DNA of 34,562 nucleotides. Origin: Planctomycetaceae bacterium (GTDB lineage: Bacteria; Planctomycetota; Planctomycetia; Planctomycetales; Planctomycetaceae). Where the stretch lies: the NCBI GenBank assembly GCA_023258825.1, contig JALQWE010000001.1, positions 1 to 34,562 of the forward strand. The letters run 5' to 3'. The notes below the pieces were generated by a model. The model worked only from the letters and a program-made list of their open reading frames with translations, was not told where the DNA came from and did no database searches. Positions 9,225-17,476 of this stretch are shown in pieces. Each line of letters starts with the position of its first letter. The first letter of the stretch is position 1. Position numbers and translations under genes: made by a program.

Positions 9225-10292
9225 TTGGCCCTCGTTATCTCCCACACTCGGAGTCCACAGACCATGTCACACCTGAGTTCAGCCACTTCTTCCACGCGTC
9301 GCACATTTCTACAGGCGTCTGCTGCAATCGCTTTGGCAGCGACAGCGGCCCCGGAAATCGCAGCAGATCAGGATTCCGAGACTTTGATCCCCGCTGTTGA
9401 TACCCATCAACATCTGTGGGATCTGTCAAAACTGCAGTTGCCGTGGTTGAAGGGGGCGCCCAAGGTGCTCAGCAGGACCTATGGACTAAAGGAGTATGCG
9501 GAAGCCACGCGGGGCCTCAACGTTGTCCAGGCTGTGTACATGGAGGTCGACGTACGACCAGAAGATCACGTACTCGAGGCACAGATGCTTGTTGACATCT
9601 GCCGATCGGGTAAAAGTCCGACTGTTGCTGCGGTGATTTCCGGCCGCCCCGGACTTCCCACGTTCGAACAGTACATCCGCAATCTGGCCAAATCCCCGGA
9701 AATTCGCGGAGTTCGGCAAGTCCTGCACTCAGAAACAGCCCCCAAAGGAATGTGCCTCGAAACTCAGTTTGTCCGATCAATTCAACTCCTCGGGAAACTC
9801 GGCCTTAGTTTTGACCTCTGTATGCGACCGCAGGAACTGTCAGACGGAATCGCACTCGCAAAAAAATGCCCGGAAACTCGATTTATCGTTGATCACTGCG
9901 GCAATGCCGACCCTGCATCGTTTCTGGCAAAGCCTCTCCCAAACATATCACCGAAGCACGATGTGCAGAAATGGCGTGACGATATCGCTGGCCTCGCAGA
10001 CTGCAGCAACGTGATCTGCAAGATCTCCGGCGTGATCGCCAGTGCACCAAAGGAAGTCCCTTTCACCGACTCACTGGCTCCAATCATCAACCATTGTCTG
10101 GACTCGTTTGGCCCCGACCGTGTCATTTTTGGAGGAGATTGGCCAGTTTGCCTGCTGGGAGCCAGTTACCGGGAATGGATCACCACGCTTCGAACCCTGA
10201 TCGCCAACAGACCTCTTACGGAGCAGAAAAAGCTGCTTCATGAAAACGCACGTCAATTCTACAGGCTTCCTGCGGAGTCCCGCACACCCTGA
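9225..10292 (+). CDS. amidohydrolase-2 family metal-dependent hydrolase with a twin-arginine (Tat) signal
   Basis: 355 aa. Tat motif STRRTFLQASAAIALAATAAP, metal-binding VDTHQHLWD near the mature N-terminus, and C-terminal DHCG...GGDWPV typical of PF04909-type TIM-barrel hydrolases. The start may instead be the ATG at 9264. Confidence 0.75.
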   Translation: MALVISHTRSPQTMSHLSSATSSTRRTFLQASAAIALAATAAPEIAADQDSETLIPAVDTHQHLWDLSKLQLPWLKGAPKVLSRTYGLKEYAEATRGLNVVQAVYMEVDVRPEDHVLEAQMLVDICRSGKSPTVAAVISGRPGLPTFEQYIRNLAKSPEIRGVRQVLHSETAPKGMCLETQFVRSIQLLGKLGLSFDLCMRPQELSDGIALAKKCPETRFIVDHCGNADPASFLAKPLPNISPKHDVQKWRDDIAGLADCSNVICKISGVIASAPKEVPFTDSLAPIINHCLDSFGPDRVIFGGDWPVCLLGASYREWITTLRTLIANRPLTEQKKLLHENARQFYRLPAESRTP

Positions 10293-10329
10293 GTACCTCG
10301 ACAGTCCGGGATTTCCCCGAAAAATGCGC

Positions 10330-10373
10330 TCTGCCCTCTGGATCGATCTGATGTGCCTGATCCAGCGGGCAGA
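10330..10373. terminator. stem-loop between convergent genes (possible terminator)
   Basis: TCTGCCCTCTGGATC (10330-10344) pairs with GATCCAGCGGGCAGA (10359-10373): 15 bp with one mismatch and a 14-nt loop. On the minus strand the T5 run begins only 5 nt after the stem, so this is not a textbook terminator. Confidence 0.3.
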
Positions 10374-10421
10374 TGCTTTACGAGTAATCCGCCAGAGGGA
10401 ACGCGCCTTTCAGCGATCAGC

Positions 10422-11144
10422 TTATCTGAGGAAACTTAACAGAATCAATGTGCTTGCCCCCACAACGCCGACCCGGATGTTGTCGTTGATGCGGGAATTG
10501 AGAGATTCGACTATCGCGCACAAAACTACGGCTGGTGAAGTCAGTAAGAGTGCACGCAAAAGCGACAACGGTGGCTCCTGAGCCTCTGGATTCTGTGTCT
10601 CTCCCCAGTAGATCCAAGTGGTCATAATCGATCCGCAAATCAGAAAGGCCAGAAATCCTGCCCAGGATTTGGATGAGTTCCACGGAAGCGTCGGCCCCCG
10701 CAGCATCTTTCCAAACGCAGTGGCTGACCCGTCTCCAAAGGCAAGAATCGCCAGAACACCAAGCCCAACCTCCAGCCGATCCGGAAACGCCAGAATCGTT
10801 AGCAGCACCGCCAACGCGTAACCAACTACCGCCGATAGTCCGGAATCCTGCTGATGTCTCTGGATTCGGCGAAACCTCAGGTAAACGTGCGCGGCAAGCA
10901 CAAACACAACGAAAAGAATGATCGCTCGAAGCGTTTCAGACACGGGATCCGCATGGGATACCAGCTGAAGTGGAAACGCCAGCAACCCGGGAGCAATATG
11001 CCACAACCGACGACGTGACTCCTTCGAGGTCAGTGAATGAATCGCAACAAATGGCGACTGAGATGTCATATTCCGTGAAACCCTTCCGGGGGCCAAACTG
11101 CGGTAGATTCCCGGCGTTGAAAAACTCATTCTGAAGAATCTCAC
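10422..11144 (-). CDS. polytopic membrane protein, CTP-dependent polyprenol/phytol/dolichol kinase - CdsA superfamily-like
   Basis: About 6 hydrophobic segments. The motif GDGSATAFGKMLRGPTLPWNSSKSWAGFLAFLICG resembles the GDxxAxxxGxxxG...K(S/T)xxG signature of the CTP_transf_1 family. The start is ambiguous (Met at 11144, 11129 or 11069). Confidence 0.55.
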   Translation of the reverse strand: MRFFRMSFSTPGIYRSLAPGRVSRNMTSQSPFVAIHSLTSKESRRRLWHIAPGLLAFPLQLVSHADPVSETLRAIILFVVFVLAAHVYLRFRRIQRHQQDSGLSAVVGYALAVLLTILAFPDRLEVGLGVLAILAFGDGSATAFGKMLRGPTLPWNSSKSWAGFLAFLICGSIMTTWIYWGETQNPEAQEPPLSLLRALLLTSPAVVLCAIVESLNSRINDNIRVGVVGASTLILLSFLR

Positions 11145-11337
11145 GATGCCCTCCAGTTGTACTCACCGACTGATGGCACACCAACAACTCCACACCCGTG
11201 TTATTATTCGACAATTCAACACATCCGCCACAACCCCAACACGAACCACCCGCTCGCCGTCCCCCGCCTTTGACAATATTCTTTCCTGGCCTGTGAGCCC
11301 TGCTGCAGAAACTGCCGAACTCTCCACCTTGGTTCCA

Positions 11338-11348
11338 GGTGCCACCCA
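11338..11348 (+). repeat. solitary GGTGCCACCCA motif copy
   Basis: Exact 11-mer within CCAGGTGCCACCCACTGG, in the 527-bp intergenic region between two minus-strand genes. Confidence 0.7.
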
Positions 11349-11671
11349 CTGGCTCGGCTGCAGGCAGTTTGTGCGTCACTCAGTATCCTTCCGGGGCGTT
11401 TTCAGTACATTCCCGCAGTGACCTATGCCTGAAAATCCGGGTGTGTTTTCGGTCAACAAACGCAAGCTGGGGCTACCAGAGTAACGCTTTTTCAACTTGC
11501 GAAAGGTGGCCCAGCATCTGACGAAGCAGGACAGTCCCGATATCACTGAAAACAGCCTCTGACGACCGAATCAGCGGCAGGGACTGGTTTCTCGCGGGTA
11601 TTTAGCGCGAACGCGGTTCACTTGCACTCAAAAGAAGTGGCAACACGACCGCAGTGAGGTCTTCGCAATTC

Positions 11672-12634
11672 TCAGCGTGATGCGCGCACGAACCTCAGAA
11701 ACTTCACAATTTCGTCCGGCAGCGCACTCTGAAAACTCAACTGTTCATCAGTTCGAGGATGCACAAATCCAAGCACCGAGGCATGCAGTGCGAGTCTCTT
11801 CACGTGCCACGGGACTGAAGCCCAGAGTTCCGGACGGTAACGGGAGTCTCCAAGTATCGCATGTCCAGCTTCGGACATATGCACTCGAATCTGGTTGCGT
11901 CGTCCGGTCTCTAACTGAACTCTCACGTGAGTAATTGCACTGGACCTCGCTGTCTCATTGAGACGACTGACAACCTCGAAATGAGTGATTGCCAGTTCCC
12001 CGGCCTCGGCATCGCGAGTTGAATAGCGGCTGAGGTTCTTGCCCGTCGCCAGAAAACTTCGAAAGGTTCCGCTGTCCCGCTCCATGCACCCGGAAACCAA
12101 AGCGTCGTAACGCCGCTCGGGCTTTCGACGAGAAAACTGATTCTGAAGGGCATCTGCAGCAGACTGTGACTTTCCAAACACCAGTAGACCTGAAACTCCA
12201 CGATCCAGACGGTGAACCAGATAGGCACCCTGCGCCCTCGAATTCTTCCGAACGTGCTCCCCAATACGTGAGATCAGAGTATGGGGCTCACCAGCGTCCG
12301 TTGGCACGGTCAGAAGTTCAGCAGATTTGTCAACGACCAGAACATCCTTGTCTTCAAAGAGGATCGAGAACCCTCGGTGTTTTGCCTCACTGGGTCTCCG
12401 ACGCGGGGAATAGCGACGATTGGCCTCAAAGCGAATCTGAACCGAATCACCCTCCGTCAGTGGTCGCCCAGGATTCATTTCCAGTGTGCCATTCAGAGTT
12501 ACGCAGTCATGATCGAAGAGGCCCGTCACCCACGATCTCGATTCACCTGTCATTTTCTGCACACACCGGTCAATCCTGTGTCCAATCAGAAGGGTCTCCG
12601 GCTCGATGAGCAACTGCTTAACCACAAATGGCAC
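11672..12634 (-). CDS. RluA-family 23S rRNA pseudouridine synthase with an N-terminal S4-like domain
   Basis: 320 aa with the catalytic motif HRLDRGVSGLLVFGKS. The C-terminal GRRNQIRVH and LHA..L.F.HP are typical of the RluA/RluD family. Confidence 0.9.
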   Translation of the reverse strand: MPFVVKQLLIEPETLLIGHRIDRCVQKMTGESRSWVTGLFDHDCVTLNGTLEMNPGRPLTEGDSVQIRFEANRRYSPRRRPSEAKHRGFSILFEDKDVLVVDKSAELLTVPTDAGEPHTLISRIGEHVRKNSRAQGAYLVHRLDRGVSGLLVFGKSQSAADALQNQFSRRKPERRYDALVSGCMERDSGTFRSFLATGKNLSRYSTRDAEAGELAITHFEVVSRLNETARSSAITHVRVQLETGRRNQIRVHMSEAGHAILGDSRYRPELWASVPWHVKRLALHASVLGFVHPRTDEQLSFQSALPDEIVKFLRFVRASR

Positions 12635-12777
12635 GATTCATCCCCGTCTACAAATCCACTAAAGGCACACTGAGACTCACGACATCTCGAGGCTGCCTCG
12701 TGATGCCAGAGTTGAAAAAACCTGACGCTGACGCATGAACTGCACCCTTGCTCATCATCGCCGGTGATCAGATTTTC

Positions 12778-14025
12778 TTACCAGTTCCCGATGCCCCACG
12801 GCAACACCTCCACTGCGTCGCCCTCATCGTAGGCCCCGTGCTCGGGTTCCAGGCAAGCAAACCCGTTTGCCGTAACCATAGCAAGCAGATCAGCTGAATT
12901 GGTCCACGAGACGGGTTGGGCTTCCAGTGTACCATTTCCCCCGCTGAGAACCACGGGCTGATACACCGGACGGTCACCCCGAACCTGACAGCGTTGACTG
13001 AGAACCGCAGTACAAGGAACGGGATCTGCTAATCCCAGAAATCGCCCCAGGGCTGGTCTCACAAATAACTCAAAGCAAGCCAAACTGCTGACAGGGTTAC
13101 CAGGAAGCCCAAATACGAGGCAGGTGTGCGAGTCGGACCGGAAAACGCCAAACCAAACAGGCTTACCCGGCTTCATCCACACGCCGTGAAACACGCGTTT
13201 GACTCCCGCCAACAGCAACTGCTCCGGAACCAAATCCCGAATTCCGACAGACACCCCGCCCGTCATCACAAGTACGTCCGCTTGCAATCCTTCCAGAATC
13301 TTCAGCCTCAGATGTTTCGGATCATCATCGCAAATGCCCAGCACTTGAGGAAGCGCCCCTGCCGTCAGTGATTGCGCGGTTAGCATTGGCTGGATAGAAT
13401 TTCTGATCTGCCCCGGCCCGGGTGATGCTCCTGAAGGAACCAATTCACTGCCGGTAGAAACAATCGAAACAGTTGGGCGGCGCGAGACCAATACATCAAC
13501 GATTCCCAATTCGGCCATCGCTCCAATTTGTGCCGGCCGCAGGTGAATTCCTCCTTTCAGAAGGACCTCTCCCCGCCTTGCAATAGCTCCGGCTGTAAGA
13601 ATATTAAGACCGGAACTCATCTGACTCACCGGGACACCAACCCACTCCGGATCTGGGACATCGACCTGAACTCGCTCAACCGGAACAACACATGCACAAT
13701 TCTGCGGAATCGGGGCGCCCGTCATGATCTGCATCGCCTCCTGAGAATTCAGGCGACGACTGGAAATGCGACCAGCCACAATCGAGTCCACAACCCTGAG
13801 ACGGAGCAGTCCCGATGGCGGCACATAGCCACCTATTCCTGCGACATCGTCAGCGGAAATGGCAAATCCGTCCATGGTTGCCTTTGAAAATGCCGGGACA
13901 TCTTCTGGTACGACGATCGACTCCAGAAGTACTCGCCCAAGCGATTCTACCAGCGGCACCCGCTCCGAACCCGGAATGGGAACGTGGTCAAGAACCGCCT
14001 TCAATGCGTTTGAAACTGTGTACAT
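12778..14025 (-). CDS. moeA: molybdopterin molybdenumtransferase
   Basis: 415 aa with MoeA domain order and the MoCF-binding segment VLVMTGGVSVGIRDLV. ..GLPGNPVSS.. is also typical. Confidence 0.9.
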   Translation of the reverse strand: MYTVSNALKAVLDHVPIPGSERVPLVESLGRVLLESIVVPEDVPAFSKATMDGFAISADDVAGIGGYVPPSGLLRLRVVDSIVAGRISSRRLNSQEAMQIMTGAPIPQNCACVVPVERVQVDVPDPEWVGVPVSQMSSGLNILTAGAIARRGEVLLKGGIHLRPAQIGAMAELGIVDVLVSRRPTVSIVSTGSELVPSGASPGPGQIRNSIQPMLTAQSLTAGALPQVLGICDDDPKHLRLKILEGLQADVLVMTGGVSVGIRDLVPEQLLLAGVKRVFHGVWMKPGKPVWFGVFRSDSHTCLVFGLPGNPVSSLACFELFVRPALGRFLGLADPVPCTAVLSQRCQVRGDRPVYQPVVLSGGNGTLEAQPVSWTNSADLLAMVTANGFACLEPEHGAYDEGDAVEVLPWGIGNW

Positions 14026-14214
14026 CTCGCAACACTTCTCGGAGATTCCGTCAAAAAGGTTCCAGTATCGTCCCCAATCATAGCAAACCCCCGATCGGTG
14101 CCATCCATTTTTTGACCAAGGCTCTTACGTCGCACCGCGGACCATCGCGCGGACCAATACCACCCACATCTCGTGACAGATCCCGTGACGTACGCGCCGG
14201 GTGGACGCGTGCCA

Positions 14215-14225
14215 GGTGCCACCCA
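14215..14225 (+). repeat. solitary GGTGCCACCCA motif copy upstream of the Y1 transposase-like gene
   Basis: Exact 11-mer within CCAGGTGCCACCCATCTGC, 425 nt upstream of the GTG at 14650. Confidence 0.7.
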
Positions 14226-14649
14226 TCTGCTCAAGCCACAACGCGAGGACGTGCTACAAAACCTCAAGTCCTGTCGCTCACAATGTGAGTAAATTGGAAG
14301 ATATCGCAGCTGCCCGACGTCATTTCAACCACCTATAGCGCAAGGGCTTATCTGTTCGCGCGATCGCCAGTGTCGATTCAGACTGACCAATTGCAGGCGG
14401 GTCAAATCTGGGCTGCGACACCGCAAGACGGAAAGCTGGCATGCCACGAACCACGACACAACCCACAAAGCCCACCCAGTCACTACAACCCCAACAATAC
14501 CAACTCTCAACCCGAACAGAAAAAATCATCACCCCAGGAATTCCGATTCACCTTGAATAGGGCGGTATTCTATATACCCTAAAGGCTGAATATGCATACC
14601 ACCAAAACCTACTGTCATTCAGGTCACTTTTAAAAACAGCGAGGCCCAT

Positions 14650-15693
14650 GTGCCAAGAGCCAATCGTCGCGAGATCTGCAATCCGGATCAAATCCAGGTT
14701 TTTCACCTGGTCAATCGTTGTGTTCGCAGAACATTTCTATTCGGCACCGATGAGAAATCTGGAAAAGATTTCTCACATCGCAAGGCATGGATCCGACAAC
14801 GCCTTGAGGAACTCGCTGGAATTTTTGCTGTTGAAATTCTGGGCTTCGCGGTGCAAAGCAATCACCTGCATGTCGTCGTGAGAACTCGACCTGATGTGCA
14901 GAAGGGGTGGAATGATACGGAAATTGCCCAAAGGTGGTTACGACTGTTTCCGCAACGTCGTAACGAAGACAAGTCATCATGTGAACCGAACGACGCTGAG
15001 CTAAGCATTATCCTCAGTTCGGCCTCGACTCTGCTCAAGTTACGTAACCGACTCATAAGTATTTCGTGGTTCATGCGATGCGTGGCGGAGCCGATTGCGC
15101 GGCGAGGAAATCTTGAAGATGATGTCACTGGAAGATTCTGGGAAGGTCGCTTTCGAGCTCAGAGCTTACTGGACGAAAGCGCCATTGCTGCATGCATGGC
15201 CTACGTGGACTTGAATCCAATCCGATCCGGACAGGCCCTGACACCGGAAACCAGTGAATTCACCAGTGTCCGCGAACGTATCCTGGATCGCCATGATGCA
15301 GTGAACCAGCCAACTCGAGACGATGTGACCGACGGCATAGAACACGGCCCGAGGGCTGGCTGGTTATCTCCGATCAGTCTTGAAGCGTCCTCGGAACCAT
15401 CACGCAACAAAATCACGCATCGCCGAGCGAGCAACAAGGGATGTCTTCCCATGACGCTGGACCAGTATCTCGAACTGCTGGACTGGACAGGCAGACAACT
15501 GAAACAAAACTCTGGCTCCATACCACAGGAATTCCCCTCAATTCTCGAAAGACTGGACTACAAACCAGCACAATGGCTGCTTTACGTTCGACAGTTCAGG
15601 AAAGTCTTTCGAAGCGATGCGGGCACTCCGGCAAATCGCACAATATTTCGCCAACAACGTCGTTCCCGCCGCGCGATGCTCGCTGGAACCTGA
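14650..15693 (+). CDS. IS200/RAYT-like HUH Y1 tyrosine transposase homolog with a long C-terminal extension
   Basis: 347 aa with a GTG start. N-terminus MPRANRR...FHLVNRC, HUH motif SNHLHVVV, and the catalytic Tyr context FWEGRFRAQ...CMAYVDLNPIRSG. There is no partner tnpB. The gene is flanked by the GGTGCCACCCA repeats. Confidence 0.8.
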   Translation: MPRANRREICNPDQIQVFHLVNRCVRRTFLFGTDEKSGKDFSHRKAWIRQRLEELAGIFAVEILGFAVQSNHLHVVVRTRPDVQKGWNDTEIAQRWLRLFPQRRNEDKSSCEPNDAELSIILSSASTLLKLRNRLISISWFMRCVAEPIARRGNLEDDVTGRFWEGRFRAQSLLDESAIAACMAYVDLNPIRSGQALTPETSEFTSVRERILDRHDAVNQPTRDDVTDGIEHGPRAGWLSPISLEASSEPSRNKITHRRASNKGCLPMTLDQYLELLDWTGRQLKQNSGSIPQEFPSILERLDYKPAQWLLYVRQFRKVFRSDAGTPANRTIFRQQRRSRRAMLAGT

Positions 15694-16047
15694 AGGAAAT
15701 GACTTCGACTGGATTCCATGCTCTCCTGACCATTGGCCAGCCTCAGGCAATACATCTCTGTCTATCTGTGTCTTGCATACAAAAGGATGGTTTCCACTGC
15801 CGGATTGTCAAAGAGTAGCAACCCCTCTGAATATCCAGCCAGGTCCCGCCGAAGCACCATCACCGGTCTTCCGAACAAAACTTGGCGATTTCGCCGGATG
15901 CTTTGCCAATGGACCTGGCCGTCAGGTTCGAGCCCCCTCGATAGAATCGATCAAAAGACGTACTTTTCGCATGCGGATTTCCCGCAGCCCGGTCAATGTT
16001 GACATTAACGCACGTGTATCGTGCTGCTGCATCACGTCCGAAAGGCA

Positions 16048-16640
16048 ATTTCGCATGATCAATAATGCCACCCGCTCAACGCTGGTCGCTTTAGGAGTTG
16101 AAAGTGCCACCCACTGGAGTTGAAAGTGCCACCCACTTGCCAGCACCATCGCTCTCGTTGAAAAACAAAGCGTCCATGCTGAGTACCGGCTGAACTGCGG
16201 GGCAAGCTGGTCTTTCCTGATTCGGAATCCGGCCCCGTAAATCATCTCAACAAAGATGGGTGGCACTTTCAAGGGTGGGCGGCACGTTATGGGCGGCGGC
16301 GGCATCACGCCTGGAAGGCCATTTCGCATGATCAATAATGCCACAGCTCGACGCCGGTCACTTCAAGAGTTGAAGGTGCCACCCATTTGCCAGCACCATC
16401 GCTCCCGTTGAAAAACAAAACGTCCACGCTGAGTACCGGCTGAACTGCAGGGCAAGCTGGTCTTCCCTGATTCGGAATCTGGCCCCGTAAATCATCTCGA
16501 CAAAGATGGGTGGCGCCGGATTTTCATTCCTGAATTCCTCAAAAGTGGGTGGCACTGTCGAGGGTGGGTGGCACGTAATGGGCACGGCACGCAATGGGCA
16601 GCACACTATGGGCAGATTCTCGATGGTAACGCAACTTTGC
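16048..16640. repeat. tandem ~250-273-bp mosaic repeat (two units) built from forward and inverted GTGCCACCCA motifs
   Basis: Both units open with ATTTCGCATGATCAATAATGCCAC (16048 and 16321). 16117-16266 aligns to 16367-16516 at about 93% identity. Motif copies are forward at 16103, 16125 and 16375, and inverted at 16257, 16276, 16507, 16546 and 16565. Confidence 0.9.
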
Positions 16641-16738
16641 GGATTTGCTGAGTGGTGCTCGCCCATGCATAATACCGTACCGGCATCGATTCAGACTGTC
16701 GGCATTGGGCACCAGCATTTTTCAGGTTTCGGGAACTC

Positions 16739-17416
16739 ATGAGTTTTGATGTCGAAATACGTGCTGTTGTGTTTGACCTCGATGGCACCATGCTCAACAC
16801 AGAAGATATCTTTGAGCTGGCGGGACAGGAACTGATGGCGCGTCGAGGGCTGCAGATGACGGACCCCATTCGCCGTGCCATGCTGGGACGACGACCGCAC
16901 GAGGCCTTTACCGCTCTTAAGTCACTGGCCCACCTGCCGGATGAGGTCGAGGACCTGATGGCCGAGACAAAGCAGATCTTTCGAATACTGGCCGAGAATT
17001 CACTCGCCCTGATGCCTGGCCTGCCCGAAATACTGTCGCTCACGGATGCACGTAAGTTGCCCCGAGCTGTCGCAACATCATCACCTCGGTCCTATCTGCA
17101 GTGGCTGCTTCAGAAACTACAACTTCAGCCACACTTTGTTTTCGCACTCACGGCCGAGGACGTCACGCACGGAAAGCCTCATCCTGAAATCTACGAGGTA
17201 GCGGCTCAACGTCTTGGTGTCCATCCATCCCAGATGCTGGTACTTGAAGACAGCGAAACCGGCACCAGAGCCGCAGCGGCGGCCGGAGCTTTCGTGGTCG
17301 CGGTTCCAAATCGACATACAGACTATGGGGATTTCAGTATGAGCCATCTTCGGATTGAAAGCCTTCTGGACGAGCGACTGCACACCCTGCTCCGCAGCTC
17401 CAGTGATGAATCCTGA
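16739..17416 (+). CDS. HAD-superfamily hydrolase, subfamily IA (phosphatase / beta-phosphoglucomutase-like)
   Basis: 225 aa. Motif I VVFDLDGTMLNTE, motif II ATSS, and motif III/IV KPHPEIY...LVLEDSETGTRAAAAAG. Confidence 0.88.
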   Translation: MSFDVEIRAVVFDLDGTMLNTEDIFELAGQELMARRGLQMTDPIRRAMLGRRPHEAFTALKSLAHLPDEVEDLMAETKQIFRILAENSLALMPGLPEILSLTDARKLPRAVATSSPRSYLQWLLQKLQLQPHFVFALTAEDVTHGKPHPEIYEVAAQRLGVHPSQMLVLEDSETGTRAAAAAGAFVVAVPNRHTDYGDFSMSHLRIESLLDERLHTLLRSSSDES

Positions 17417-17476
17417 AATCACCGACTTGCCGGCAACTCACCCTGCATATTCTTTCCAGACCAGACAAGGAAGCTC

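Noticed and set aside
8581-16640. CRISPR array interpretation of the repeated motif
   Set aside because: Repeat spacing is irregular (22 to over 200 nt), the conserved core is only about 11-20 nt, copies occur in both orientations, and there are no cas genes in the window.
16048-16640. Diversity-generating retroelement (TR/VR pair) or retron interpretation of the two diverged tandem units
   Set aside because: The differences are a mix of C/T and A/G transitions in both directions, not adenine-specific. There is no reverse transcriptase gene nearby, and neither unit lies in a credible CDS.
15922-16666. Two minus-strand ORFs (140 and 102 aa) sharing the peptide PPIFVEMIYGA.FRIR.DQLA.QFSRYSAWT.CFST.AMVLA.GWH.QL
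   Set aside because: The shared peptide is just the tandem DNA repeat read in one frame. The 9-10 nucleotide differences in the shared part cause 7 amino-acid changes, so there is no sign of purifying selection. I treat the region as non-coding repeat.
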